Part shown: piece by piece, positions 26,845-36,414 of the stretch
Numbering within the stretch: the first letter of the stretch is position 1
Layout: every line of letters begins with the position of its first letter
IMG/VR virus record: IMGVR_UViG_3300005613_000001
Coordinates: 124,001-188,000 of that record
Strand: one strand, 5' to 3'
DNA: 64,000 bases
The notes under the pieces: generated by a model
Databases searched by the model: none
What the model was told of the DNA's origin: nothing
What the model saw: the letters and a program-made list of their open reading frames with translations, nothing else
Program-made: the position numbers and the translations under genes

Positions 26845-27513
26845 ATGAAAATAGCAGCTTCATTTGTTTGGTTAGTGCTGGGTCTGGTTGGAGCCTTTAT
26901 ACTCGTTGGTTGGCTAGGTTGTGGCAGAGCCCTTAATTCTTGGAGGGCTCCCGATCCACAACCAATAATCCACCCGCCAGTTCGGACTCAACCAATTCAT
27001 CAGCCGCCCCCTGTTTATCGTAATACAAATCCATTCAATCGATTTGATAGGAACGATCATCCATATCATGATCGGCGTTATGATGAATATATGAGGCGAA
27101 AGCATGGTGATAATTGGTATCGAGAAAATCACCGATACGATCCAGATTATAAATATTACTATGACTATAGAAATGCGGATAGGCACAAACCAAAACCAGA
27201 TTTAAAAAAACCAGAACGGCCAGAACCGAATTTTAAAAAGCCGGAAGCCCGTCCTGAGCCACGACCTGAACCCCGTCCAGAACTGAAGCCAGATAAATCA
27301 AAACCAGATTTTGATAAAGGTCGCGGGCATGGACACGATAATGATAGGCACGATCACGATAAACATAGACATCGCCAAGATGAGCCGCTTTCAGACGGCC
27401 CAAAGCCTCCCTCGGGGGCGGGCGATGCCACACAGGGGTTTGACCCATCCAACCCCCACGGACCTAGCAACCACCGATATCCTTGGCAACCAAGGGTGGG
27501 ATTGCAGAGATAA
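26845..27513 (+). CDS. Secreted/lipoprotein-like protein with Pro/Glu and His repeats (start MKIAASF)
   Basis: GGAGG RBS; paralogous N-terminus to 26559; PEPR repeats. Confidence 0.6.
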   Translation: MKIAASFVWLVLGLVGAFILVGWLGCGRALNSWRAPDPQPIIHPPVRTQPIHQPPPVYRNTNPFNRFDRNDHPYHDRRYDEYMRRKHGDNWYRENHRYDPDYKYYYDYRNADRHKPKPDLKKPERPEPNFKKPEARPEPRPEPRPELKPDKSKPDFDKGRGHGHDNDRHDHDKHRHRQDEPLSDGPKPPSGAGDATQGFDPSNPHGPSNHRYPWQPRVGLQR

Positions 27514-27546
27514 AAGAACCCTGCCCATAGGCAGGGTTCTTTTATG
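27511..27546. terminator. Bidirectional intrinsic terminator
   Basis: TAAAAGAACCCTGCCC-ATA-GGGCAGGGTTCTTTTA between convergent genes. Confidence 0.85.
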
Positions 27547-27568
27547 ACCTATTTCGCGGCATATAGGT

Positions 27569-27778
27569 TCACGGCAATTCATCCCATCGCTTGAATGCCG
27601 CCTCTAATTTTCTATCAATTGGCCGCTTGCCAAAAGCGATAAGAGAGCGAATTTCATCAAATCGCACCACTTCAAAGCACTCAGAGCAATGAAGATGATC
27701 TGATTCCGCCTCAAATTTTTTGTTTTTACAACTTGGGCATTCAAGATTCATCGTTCTCGTATTCCTCTTGTAAAGCAT
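27569..27778 (-). CDS. Small Zn-ribbon protein (start probably MNLEC)
   Basis: CPSC...CSEC. Confidence 0.55.
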   Translation of the reverse strand: MLYKRNTRTMNLECPSCKNKKFEAESDHLHCSECFEVVRFDEIRSLIAFGKRPIDRKLEAAFKRWDELP

Positions 27779-27896
27779 CCATTACGATGCAGGCGGCGAT
27801 TCCCGAAGCAAAAGAACCATCTTCATGACGGATTTCAAAGGGAGACTCACACTCTACAACCCAACCATAATGTTCCAAAATAATTTCTTCTCGCAT
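27741..27896 (-). CDS. Small hypothetical protein MREEIILEHYGWVVECESPFEIRHEDGSFASG (51 aa)
   Basis: Manual translation; fills gap after cysC. Confidence 0.55.
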   Translation of the reverse strand: MREEIILEHYGWVVECESPFEIRHEDGSFASGIAACIVMDALQEEYENDES

Positions 27897-27899
27897 AGT

Positions 27900-28385
27900 T
27901 TAGCTCCACAGCTTAGCTCTAGCTACATTCAATATTATTTCAACACATTCGTCAATAGTATTCTGGTCCGTTTCAACCACAATATCGGGATTCACCGGGG
28001 GGTCAAAGGGAGCATCATATCCCGTAAATCCCTTAATTTCCCCAGCTTTAGCCTTTGCGTACATACCCTTTACATCTCTCTCAGAGCAAACTTCCACGGG
28101 GCACTTCACATAGACCATGATATCAACGTCTAGCTTCTTCCTGACTTCTTCCGATGGTGACACGAAAGAGCAAAAAACGTTAGTGTATTTGCCGAGCATT
28201 TTGGCAAGATAACCCACTCTCAAAAGATGCCTCTCTCGCTCTTCGGGTGAGAAACCAATCCCTTTAGAAAAATCACTATTTCGTAAAACATCACCGTCTA
28301 AAAGCTCACCGCCCATACGTTTTACTAATATTTCTGCTAAAGTAGTTTTTCCACTACAAGGAAGTCCAGTTAGCCAAATTATCAT
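27900..28385 (-). CDS. cysC: Adenylylsulfate (APS) kinase
   Basis: IWLTGLPCSGKTT; LDGD..R; CSERDVKGMY.KA.AGEIKGFTG.DAPF. Confidence 0.93.
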   Translation of the reverse strand: MIIWLTGLPCSGKTTLAEILVKRMGGELLDGDVLRNSDFSKGIGFSPEERERHLLRVGYLAKMLGKYTNVFCSFVSPSEEVRKKLDVDIMVYVKCPVEVCSERDVKGMYAKAKAGEIKGFTGYDAPFDPPVNPDIVVETDQNTIDECVEIILNVARAKLWS

Positions 28386-28394
28386 ATCTCTCCT

Positions 28395-28640
28395 TTATAC
28401 TGGGAATTGAATCCCATCACCCATTTCAATAGGAATAATACCATCATGCATTAAAGGCATCTGAGCCTGCATTGTAATAACAAGCATCTTACCAGAATTC
28501 TGCTCTATTCTATCTAAAAAATAGCCTTCATCTGCTCGTTGATTCAACACCTGACTTAAATCACTCGCCTCAGTTATTATATCTACCTTATAAACATTAT
28601 CTTTTTCTTCGCTCATTGCTATCTCCTTCCCCAATATCAT
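28395..28640 (-). CDS. Hypothetical protein
   Basis: ORF chain. Confidence 0.5.
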   Translation of the reverse strand: MILGKEIAMSEEKDNVYKVDIITEASDLSQVLNQRADEGYFLDRIEQNSGKMLVITMQAQMPLMHDGIIPIEMGDGIQFPV

Positions 28641-28812
28641 AGCTAGAATCTTTTAAAAAATCAAGTGGGTAGATAGGAGATGCCCCTGGCGGCAGTTCTT
28701 GAATATCAAAGATTTTATTTGCTATATCGGTATGATTAATTGGAAATCTACACCCGCCCAAACACCATGCCCACGCCATAGCTTCTTCTTCACTCATCTT
28801 TTCCGAACTCAT
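28597..28812 (-). CDS. Hypothetical protein
   Basis: ORF chain. Confidence 0.45.
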   Translation of the reverse strand: MSSEKMSEEEAMAWAWCLGGCRFPINHTDIANKIFDIQELPPGASPIYPLDFLKDSSYDIGEGDSNERRKR

Positions 28813-29072
28813 ATCCCAAAACCTCTATTTCTTTGTGGCAATCTTCCGCCACCCTATCCCTCGTTTCCTCATCATAAAACGTTGAATAATGGGGGCGGTC
28901 AATTTTATTTAACACAGGAAGGGCCAAACGGGGAACCTCAATTCTATCACAAATCTCATCAAAACTAGCCTGTAAGTTTTCAAAGCGGCCTATGAAATCA
29001 ACCGCTATATTGCCTCCTTTATCAATCACCCGATCAAACCAGGAAGGTAGCGGACCCCCACAGGAAGCTTCA
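28790..29072 (-). pseudogene. Sulfotransferase family 2, C-terminal half (no N-terminus)
   Basis: VDFIGRFENL...N...HYSTFYD.ET...V...EIE..GYEF; open frame back to 29074. Confidence 0.7.
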
Positions 29073-29191
29073 TTTTACGACAAAATTGTTGTAAAATGAG
29101 CGTAGGACTGTTATAGGCATGTACTTTTACTTCTACTGATCTTAAGGCTGATGTGTTCATTTTCTTCTCTTTTTCTTTCAATCTAATTAGC

Positions 29192-29512
29192 TTACTTTCC
29201 ACCAATTTTTAGCAGAATAAATCCAATTCCTACAAAAAAAGTCCCCACCCATTGATATGTCGTAAATTTAGCAGCCGAACCCATAATCAACAGTGTCCCA
29301 TAGAAGGTAAAATAAATAATCAGATCATAAAGCAGACCATCAAATATTAGATTCTTTGAATACCGAGCTATAATCGGCCACAACCCCAAGAAATTACACC
29401 CATAGAGGATAATTACCCATTTCCACTCATCGCTCTCATTTGCGTATTTTGATATTACACCAACAAAGATGTACAAAAATATCGCAGTAATAACCCAAAA
29501 TGCGTAAAACAT
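29192..29512 (-). CDS. Small multi-TM membrane protein
   Basis: Four hydrophobic segments. Confidence 0.6.
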   Translation of the reverse strand: MFYAFWVITAIFLYIFVGVISKYANESDEWKWVIILYGCNFLGLWPIIARYSKNLIFDGLLYDLIIYFTFYGTLLIMGSAAKFTTYQWVGTFFVGIGFILLKIGGK

Positions 29513-29603
29513 ACCCTAATAGAGTTTGCAATAACGCAAAAGAAATGCTATAATGATATCACTGGACCCAGAACATTGCCTTGCCCTTATGTTTTGGGTT
29601 TCC

Positions 29604-30344
29604 TCACTTGTCGTGAGGAATTACTGGCCCGTGCCCCTTTCCCCCAATGGGGGAAAGGGGCTTTTTTAATTTAGGCAATTCGGACAAATGAGAGAATGCT
29701 ACAGTAACAATCTTCTTGCCAATCCACGGGTAATGTTCTCGTAAATTTGCTCTCGATGGGGCTCGGGCAACAAAAGTACGCCTATTTCTCTTGCGATGTA
29801 AATGCCAAGCATGAATTGAAGAAGCAGGATTTTGCAAGTTGTAACCAAACTTCTCTGCAAGGTCCGCTATTACGTGGTCACAAAAGTCTATACCTAAACT
29901 AACATTCTTGGCAAACACCTTTATAGGTGTATCAAAAATCCAAGCATCCCCGGCTCCAACCTTTCTCTTGTGAAAATCGGGGTGCTGTGACGGGCTACAT
30001 TCCGTGCGAGTAAGATGTATGAATACCCCTTTTAAATCGTACCTATTTAATGCCCTGAGTGACTTATCAAAGTAAATATCACCATTTGCTATAATTGCTC
30101 TCCCAGTTTCATTATTCGCTAATTCAAACATTTCGCCATAATTAGGACGCATCTTACAAGATACAACCTCTACTTGTGGTAGTAAGTCTTTAAATTCAAC
30201 TGCAATGTCTTCCGTTTCCAAAAATAAAAAAACCTTCTTGATAAAAGGATTATCTATATTTCTTCTAAGACATTCAACATATTCCCTGGTCCTATCACAA
30301 GGCTTTGCTTTAAAAGTGGTTAATAAATTGTATTTATATCTCAT
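29604..30344 (-). CDS. GT-A-like hypothetical protein
   Basis: IIANGDIYFD, DAWIF, CD motifs; glyco-island context. Confidence 0.55.
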   Translation of the reverse strand: MRYKYNLLTTFKAKPCDRTREYVECLRRNIDNPFIKKVFLFLETEDIAVEFKDLLPQVEVVSCKMRPNYGEMFELANNETGRAIIANGDIYFDKSLRALNRYDLKGVFIHLTRTECSPSQHPDFHKRKVGAGDAWIFDTPIKVFAKNVSLGIDFCDHVIADLAEKFGYNLQNPASSIHAWHLHRKRNRRTFVARAPSRANLREHYPWIGKKIVTVAFSHLSELPKLKKPLSPIGGKGHGPVIPHDK

Positions 30345-30374
30345 TTTTCCGCCCTCAGTATTTATATTAGTATA

Positions 30375-31031
30375 ATGGCTTATTTACTATCATTCCCCCG
30401 GTGTGGCAATACTTGGGTGACAAAAATGCTTTTTAATTACTGTTGTGAAGTCTATAATCACGACAAAATTGATATACAAATGGGGAAAGGGCAAAGAAAA
30501 AGAAGAAAGAAAGGGGCACTCAACTATTTAGCAGTTGGAGATTTCTCATGGTGTGAATTCTACTCACATTGCATGACCTTCCATTGCCCCGAAGAAAGAA
30601 AAATACCAATACAAAAACATCATGATCTTGGCATATTCGATAAAAGGTTGAGAATTCTAAATTATGACCCAAATGATAAATATGTCATATTAATTAGAAA
30701 CCCTATTCACTCCATAATTTCTTGGTATGAACTATACACAAAAAAAGACCCCTGGGAACCATTCGCCAGGAGTCGGGCAAAGTTTTGGAATAATTTTACA
30801 AAAAAATGGGTTCTACCCAAATATGAAAATGCTCTATATTTACACTACGAAACCCTAGTCAAAAACACAAATCCTCAATTAAAAAAAATTATCAATTTTG
30901 TGGGTTTGCCATTAAAAACTAAATACCTCCAATTCTCGCCCCATGATCATATTAGAACCCTAGATGGCTCATATGATACAAGAGAAATAGAAGATATAAC
31001 AAAAAAACTCTATTCTAAAGTTGCTCCTTGA
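30375..31031 (+). CDS. Sulfotransferase domain protein
   Basis: LLSFPRCGNTW; LIRNP..SIISWY; LHYETL. Confidence 0.8.
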   Translation: MAYLLSFPRCGNTWVTKMLFNYCCEVYNHDKIDIQMGKGQRKRRKKGALNYLAVGDFSWCEFYSHCMTFHCPEERKIPIQKHHDLGIFDKRLRILNYDPNDKYVILIRNPIHSIISWYELYTKKDPWEPFARSRAKFWNNFTKKWVLPKYENALYLHYETLVKNTNPQLKKIINFVGLPLKTKYLQFSPHDHIRTLDGSYDTREIEDITKKLYSKVAP

Positions 31032-31296
31032 AATCTAAATCAGACTTCTTTTCAGAATGAGTCTTCTCTTTAAACCACTTTCTTGGATTACCACAAGCCG
31101 CACAAGAGCACTGTGCCAAGTGGTCGCCCAAATGCTCCGCTAATTCGGGACGCATCCAATGAAAAACTCTACGCGCCTGCATCTTCTTACGACGCTTGTG
31201 CTTACGACGCTCTGCTCTCTTAGACATGATCGATTCTCCTTGTTGGGGGTCGGCCCCTCTTGTTGGGAATGATCGATCATTTTCGTGATAGTTCAT
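31015..31296 (-). CDS. Small basic protein (start probably MSKRAE)
   Basis: CSCAACGNPRK motif. Confidence 0.55.
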   Translation of the reverse strand: MNYHENDRSFPTRGADPQQGESIMSKRAERRKHKRRKKMQARRVFHWMRPELAEHLGDHLAQCSCAACGNPRKWFKEKTHSEKKSDLDFKEQL

Positions 31297-31325
31297 TTCT
31301 ATATCTACCTTTACTACATAAAATT

Positions 31326-32054
31326 ATGAAACGTGCCATCTTCGTACACGCACTGCATAAAAGTGCAACAATGTTCTTGTATAAGTTTTTTAAACACTAC
31401 GCTAAACAAGCTAGAATTAAATATTATTCGCCTAATAATGAAAAAGTCAACAAATTAGATGACCTAAATGAAAATGAAACCAACTTTTGCTGCTGCCCTG
31501 TTAGACAATTTGCCAAACACTATCAAGGTCATACATATAAAGAAATTACTAAGTTAGTCCTAAATTATAATTCTCCTGAAACCTATAGAATATATCATAT
31601 CAGAGATCCTAGAGATCTGCTTGTGTCACAATACTTCAGCGTGGCTTATATTCATGCACTGCACGAAAAACTTACAGTAGAACAGCGAGAAAAATATCAA
31701 AAAATGACCGTAGATGACTTCTGTATGAAATGGGCGGACCAGACGCTTGAAAGATATGAAAGTATTTTTACTGTGACCGCTAAACGTAAATTAATTGTAA
31801 AATACGAACAAATGGTATTGGACTACCCTAAATGGCTCTCTAAAATCGCCTCTTTTTTATCAATTCCTCCAGAAATAAAACGTGATCTTAGAAGAAAATT
31901 TAAAAGAGAATTTATACCGCCCATTAAAGAACGAATGAAACACAAACGTAAAATGATCCCCGGTGACTATAAAGAAAAATTAAAACCCTCTACCATAAAA
32001 CAACTTGACTCTAAGTTCAGTCAAATTTTAGAGGCGTTCTATCCAAATACTTGA
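31326..32054 (+). CDS. Sulfotransferase domain protein (start MKRAIF)
   Basis: HKSATMF; RDPRDLLVSQYFS; KYEQM; RK..PGDYKE.L. Confidence 0.8.
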   Translation: MKRAIFVHALHKSATMFLYKFFKHYAKQARIKYYSPNNEKVNKLDDLNENETNFCCCPVRQFAKHYQGHTYKEITKLVLNYNSPETYRIYHIRDPRDLLVSQYFSVAYIHALHEKLTVEQREKYQKMTVDDFCMKWADQTLERYESIFTVTAKRKLIVKYEQMVLDYPKWLSKIASFLSIPPEIKRDLRRKFKREFIPPIKERMKHKRKMIPGDYKEKLKPSTIKQLDSKFSQILEAFYPNT

Positions 32055-32141
32055 GGCGAGAACCCATCTTCCTGGCCGCCTCTGTCACCGCCAAGTGGGT
32101 GCGATTAAAAGCCGCACCACAGAGCGGTCGCTACCATCTAG

Positions 32142-32215
32142 TCGGGGTGAAAGGATTTGAACCTTCGACCTTCTGCTCCCGAAGCAGACGCGCTCCCAGG
32201 CTGCGCTACACCCCG
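32142..32215 (-). tRNA. tRNA-Pro(CGG)
   Basis: TCTGC-TT CGG GA-GCAGA. Confidence 0.92.
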
Positions 32216-32688
32216 TAATGTATTTCTCCGTGGCAGTTTTTACAAATTAATATGCATTTATCTAACTCTTTTTTAACTCTTTCAAAAGACCATCGCCGCA
32301 TCTTTCTCCAATTTGGGTCTTTTTTATCTGGGTCTTTATGGTGGAAGTCAAGAGAACCCAAACAATTATTGTACCCACACTTTTCGCATCTGCCACCTTT
32401 GTATTCAACGAACTTCTTTTTATTCTTCCTAAACCTTTCTAATTGATACCGCTTTCGACATTTTTTACACTCAGAATACCTACCAGGATGAAACATTTCT
32501 TTTTTCGTTTCTCCACACTTACAATTATGTTTTCTCCCAGTGGCTAAATTATGTTTCCCGAGCCAATATCTAACTGAAGTTTGTGATTTGTTCGTAATCT
32601 TAGCTATTTGACGTGTCGAATAGCCTTGTTCGGTAAGTTCTATTAATTGTTGCTTGTCCATACTATTATATAGTACGGACAAGCTCAT
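32206..32688 (-). CDS. HTH + HNH homing endonuclease
   Basis: CEKCGYNNC..SLDFHH...KCILICKNCHGEIH; stop inside tRNA-Pro. Confidence 0.82.
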   Translation of the reverse strand: MSLSVLYNSMDKQQLIELTEQGYSTRQIAKITNKSQTSVRYWLGKHNLATGRKHNCKCGETKKEMFHPGRYSECKKCRKRYQLERFRKNKKKFVEYKGGRCEKCGYNNCLGSLDFHHKDPDKKDPNWRKMRRWSFERVKKELDKCILICKNCHGEIHYGV

Positions 32689-32761
32689 TTTGGATAAATA
32701 AAATCAACCAATTTGAACTAAGATCGCCACCCGCTCCCACAGGAGCAGGTGGCGATTTGGA

Positions 32762-33079
32762 TTATCCTAGCAATTCCTTTGCCTTAGACAGAATCGTTCC
32801 GTTAATTCTAATGTCATGGACATCATCCTTCTCCCTTAACAACTCTTCCACGGTAATGATGGAACACCCAGTTTCCCAGGAATCCATCGGCCCGTAGCAG
32901 GAGCAATGACCTAAATCCTTTACCCAGACTCTTCCATCCTTCCCTAGAGCAACAGCCTGTCCAGATCCGTCATAGCACCCAATCTCGTAGTCGTGAATTA
33001 ACCACTCAAAATCAGCATCCGATACTTCATTTAAGTCCCAATCACACAACTCATCACCTAACTGATAAATCTTCATCAT
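32762..33079 (-). CDS. Hypothetical phage protein
   Basis: LGHCSCYGP motif. Confidence 0.6.
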   Translation of the reverse strand: MMKIYQLGDELCDWDLNEVSDADFEWLIHDYEIGCYDGSGQAVALGKDGRVWVKDLGHCSCYGPMDSWETGCSIITVEELLREKDDVHDIRINGTILSKAKELLG

Positions 33080-33283
33080 AGTACCTCCAATTAAAGGGTT
33101 GAAACATCTGAGTTTCTAACGGCCCATCAATTGAGGCTACAAATTAGATTTATCTTCCTCCATCCCAATCCGAATGCAAATCGGGAAAATCACTCATTGT
33201 TACTCCTGTGCCTTCATCTACATCTTTATCAGAAAAAGCATAGGAAAATAATTTGCACAAATCTTTCAACCATCTAAACATAG

Positions 33284-33357
33284 AGCTACCAGTGGGATTC
33301 GAACCCACGGCCTCTTGTTTACGAAACAAGCGCTCTGGCCGACTGAGCTATGGTAGC
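33284..33357 (-). tRNA. tRNA-Thr(CGT)
   Basis: CTTGT-TT CGT AA-ACAAG. Confidence 0.92.
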
Positions 33358-33456
33358 AATCTATTCTACACGACATTCATCTAATCGCCCTAAATCTCTT
33401 AGTCGAACCTGCCAAATCCAAGAATTAATTTTAACGTCTTTTATTTCTTGGATTTA

Positions 33457-33531
33457 CGAGAGCGACGGGACTTGAACCCGCAATCCCCAGCGTGACAGGC
33501 TGGTGCGTTAAACCAATTACGCTACGCCCCC
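33457..33531 (-). tRNA. tRNA-Asp(GTC)
   Basis: CCAGC-CT GTC AC-GCTGG. Confidence 0.92.
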
Positions 33532-34029
33532 TTTAACATATAATTTAGGGAAAGGCACATCAGGAATCGGCAGAGAGAAAAAATCGCACAGCTTATCCCA
33601 ACCATCGCCCTCAATTATATTCATTCTCAATAGCGGCTTATCTTGAAAAAAATCAGCCACCGCTGGGTAATGACTATTATATATTCTTACCCATTTCTTA
33701 AAATCAACCTTTAACCAATTCCCCTTATAGTTTTTTTTGTTTCTGTTTCGTTTTACATGACCCTCTCTGCTTCTAAGCCAACTTCGCAACTCACGCTCTG
33801 TTAAAATAAATTTAGCACCAGGAAACTTCCTGTGTAGCTCTCTAAAGTGGAAAGGAAGGTTGCCATCAAGATACGCATTAACCCTCTTTGTTCCAAAATC
33901 TAAATTTTCTAATAAAGCATTGTTTTTATGTTCATCATGTTGTGGTGTCCACCCCAATATTCTAAGTGCCGCACTCAAAGAATGCGTACCTGTTTTATTC
34001 AAGCCTATACAAAATACAAGAGGTTTCAT
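33517..34029 (-). CDS. Sulfotransferase family (Sulfotransfer_4-like)
   Basis: FCIGLNKTGTHSL...AKFILT.R...W..S...DGWDKLCDFF. Confidence 0.82.
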   Translation of the reverse strand: MKPLVFCIGLNKTGTHSLSAALRILGWTPQHDEHKNNALLENLDFGTKRVNAYLDGNLPFHFRELHRKFPGAKFILTERELRSWLRSREGHVKRNRNKKNYKGNWLKVDFKKWVRIYNSHYPAVADFFQDKPLLRMNIIEGDGWDKLCDFFSLPIPDVPFPKLYVKGGVA

Positions 34030-34034
34030 CTAAG

Positions 34035-34105
34035 AAGCCCCGCCTGGAATCGAACCAGATTCTTGAGGACCAAAACCTCATGTGATACCAATATACTACA
34101 GGGCC
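34035..34105 (-). tRNA. tRNA-Gln(TTG)
   Basis: TGAGG-TT TTG GT-CCTCA. Confidence 0.82.
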
Positions 34106-34109
34106 AAAG

Positions 34110-34178
34110 TGGAGGTAAAGGGAGTTGAACCCTTCGTCCGTCTGTGCGAGAGACAGCGCCTACCCGTAGAGTACCCCC
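34110..34178 (-). tRNA. Compact tRNA-Ala(CGC): tiny D-loop, 6-bp anticodon stem, 69 nt
   Basis: GGGGGTA/TACCTCC with G3:U70; CTGTCT-CT CGC AC-AGACGG. Confidence 0.7.
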
Positions 34179-34185
34179 TACTTAG

Positions 34186-34259
34186 AGCTACCGGAGGGAT
34201 TTGAACCCTCGGCCTCTTCATTACCAATGAAGCGCTCTGGCCTACTGAGCTACGGTAGC
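34186..34259 (-). tRNA. tRNA-Thr(GGT)
   Basis: CTTCA-TT GGT AA-TGAAG. Confidence 0.92.
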
Positions 34260-34265
34260 TTCTCT

Positions 34266-34871
34266 TTATCTTCTCCCAGATGTTAATTGTTCCATAAAGG
34301 TTTTAAATGGGGCTCTGTAAAACGTAGGAGCCTTATTCATTATTTCATATAACTTCTCTAAAGTCAATTCAGACCACTTGTTAGCAGTCATTCTTTGACC
34401 ATAATCAGAAAAGCCTCTGAATTCACTCTGCCAAAACTTCGTGACCATTGCATCTAAATCTAATTTAGGTTGCCAGTAGCAATGATCCCAGTCCAAACAG
34501 CACGGTCCAAATATCTTTTGGTCAAAATGAGCCGGGAAAGGCATACGACTAAGCGTTGCTTCCATAAGCTCTTCCTTGCTCAATTCCGACAAATCCTCAA
34601 AAGCATATCCGCCATATAAATATCCTCCCTCTCTATACGGCTGGAATGCAAACACCAAATGAGGAAATTGAACATATATGTGCTTCTTCTGGTTATAAAC
34701 AGTTCTCCTTTTCGGTGGATACAATCTTACTTCATGACCATCCTGCACCAGCAAAATCTTGTACTCAGGATCGCTTTTTGCGAAATCACTCTTCTTTACG
34801 GCCTTCTTTCGTGGTTTTCGTGTTCGTGGAGTTCGCTTCTTTGCACTTTTAACAGCTTCGCTCATTTCCAA
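34266..34871 (-). CDS. Divergent prokaryotic E2 family D-like protein
   Basis: PPKRRTV...VQFPHLVFAF...YLY.GYAF...MPFP....CC. Confidence 0.45.
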   Translation of the reverse strand: MEMSEAVKSAKKRTPRTRKPRKKAVKKSDFAKSDPEYKILLVQDGHEVRLYPPKRRTVYNQKKHIYVQFPHLVFAFQPYREGGYLYGGYAFEDLSELSKEELMEATLSRMPFPAHFDQKIFGPCCLDWDHCYWQPKLDLDAMVTKFWQSEFRGFSDYGQRMTANKWSELTLEKLYEIMNKAPTFYRAPFKTFMEQLTSGRR

Positions 34872-34908
34872 AACTCCTTTTCAATTCAATACACTCAGGC
34901 TATACCAA

Positions 34909-34993
34909 ATACAACGTCAGGATTCGAACCTGAACTTCTGGCTCCAATTCGCTTATGCTTTAGCCAGCGTGCTACCATTACACTACAATCGTA
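34909..34993 (-). ncRNA. tRNA-Gln-like RNA with ~13-nt insertion in anticodon loop
   Basis: Gln-type D-arm GTGT/GCAC, CTGGC/GCCAG stem, 20-nt loop ending TTGGA, intact T-arm. Confidence 0.6.
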
Positions 34994-35182
34994 CCGCTTT
35001 CAGAACGCTACTGAAATCTAACTACTCAAACTAACTACTAACTATGGACTATTGAGTATTGACCTGTCCAGGCCCTTCCCCTGGCTCACGGTTTTTATAG
35101 CCTAAGCGAATGTTATCAATACCTTTCATCCATAGGGTTCATTAACTCTTTCATCAAATTATTTCACGAACCTACTCACAAG

Positions 35183-35270
35183 CTCTGCGGGCTGGACTCG
35201 AACCAGCGATGGGGCTTTCGCCACTCCTGATTAACAGTCAGGCTCCTGCTACCAACTCGGATACCGCAGA
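35183..35270 (-). tRNA. tRNA-Asn(GTT) with long variable arm
   Basis: CCTGA-CT GTT AA-TCAGG; V-arm GGC-GAAA-GCC; 88 nt. Confidence 0.8.
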
Positions 35271-35275
35271 TTAAG

Positions 35276-35349
35276 CGACGGTGACGGGAATCGAACCCGC
35301 GCCCTCTTCCGTGACAGGGAAGCGCTCTTACTCTCTGAGCTACACCGCC
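35276..35349 (-). tRNA. tRNA-Asp(GTC)
   Basis: CTTCC-CT GTC AC-GGAAG. Confidence 0.92.
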
Positions 35350-35354
35350 TCAAT

Positions 35355-35729
35355 TTATTTTACACTTCTTCCTTTTACCTTCCCAGTTTTTGGTTTCTTG
35401 GCATCTTCAACCATTTTCTTAAAAGCATCTACTTCCTTTGTTGCCTCTTCGATTGTAACCTCATGACCGTAATTGCTTCCAAAATCACAAGATTCACAAC
35501 CACTGTTGGCGTAATCATCTACATCAATCTTATCTGTGCCAAACAACTCAGATAATGCCTTCAACTTCCCAAAACTCAAACGTGGGGCTTCATACATGGC
35601 ACCCCATTTAATTACAAGAGTACCATCAGTCCGCACCGAATACTCAAGATATGGCTTTGACCACTCTCTATCATCAGCAAGGATTTCCTCAATCCTGTGG
35701 CCGATCCATCTTGTCTTTTCTTTTTTCAA
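35355..35729 (-). CDS. Hypothetical phage protein
   Basis: SGCESCDFG motif. Confidence 0.6.
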   Translation of the reverse strand: MKKEKTRWIGHRIEEILADDREWSKPYLEYSVRTDGTLVIKWGAMYEAPRLSFGKLKALSELFGTDKIDVDDYANSGCESCDFGSNYGHEVTIEEATKEVDAFKKMVEDAKKPKTGKVKGRSVK

Positions 35730-36414
35730 TTTTTTCTTCTAACTTTCTTGCGTGTTCTGCTTTTTGTTCTTCTAATTGTTGTGCTGCGGCCTCTCTATCC
35801 GCTTTAGCTTCATCAAAATCCTTGAACAAAAGATTTCCTATTTGGAATCTGTCAATCGTCTCCAATCTGCCTTTCTCATCCTTATAGCACAACTCTTGTT
35901 CCGTTTCATGCACTACCTCAACATAGGAACCTTCTTCTGCCTGTCTGCCACCCCACAATAGGAACAACTTCTTACCCACGAAAGAATCATTCTCATCTAA
36001 TTCCGTTTCTATCCCACGACGTTCAAAGAATTGTGGCATATCTTTTGTAGATAAAGCCGTTTTTCGTTCATAATGCACTTGCTCTATCTTTGTTAATTTA
36101 CCATCAACGAAAGTCGCCTCAAAAGTTACAGACTCAGCATCTTCACCATCATAAGTGTATTCTCCTACTGGACCGCATGCAGATATTGTGCTTCCATAAA
36201 ATTCCACTACACCTGTGAAATTATCATAATTATCTGCTATGTTTGAAAACGGCCACTTGGTATCATCTCTCGCTTCTTCATCAAGCGTACCGTCCGCTGT
36301 TATGATTATAGTTGCTAAGGTGCAACCAAAATCCTTAGTTTGATATTCACCTACTAACTCCACCGGCTCGCCAGGAAGAGGATAGTCGCATCTTAAATAA
36401 TCAAACATTCCCAT
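35689..36414 (-). CDS. Hypothetical phage protein
   Basis: MGMFDYLRCDYPLP...YQTKD...FVDGKL phage-type N-terminus. Confidence 0.65.
   Translation of the reverse strand: MGMFDYLRCDYPLPGEPVELVGEYQTKDFGCTLATIIITADGTLDEEARDDTKWPFSNIADNYDNFTGVVEFYGSTISACGPVGEYTYDGEDAESVTFEATFVDGKLTKIEQVHYERKTALSTKDMPQFFERRGIETELDENDSFVGKKLFLLWGGRQAEEGSYVEVVHETEQELCYKDEKGRLETIDRFQIGNLLFKDFDEAKADREAAAQQLEEQKAEHARKLEEKIEKRKDKMDRPQD

Noticed and set aside
32050-32140. HDV-like theta ribozyme after tRNA-Pro (TTCTCGC resembles L3)
   Set aside because: Could not build P1/P2 pairing with the nucleotides following the tRNA 3' end
34995-35175. TAGT-rich non-coding stretch upstream of the Gln-like RNA as an ncRNA
   Set aside because: Low-complexity repeats and no convincing helices by eye
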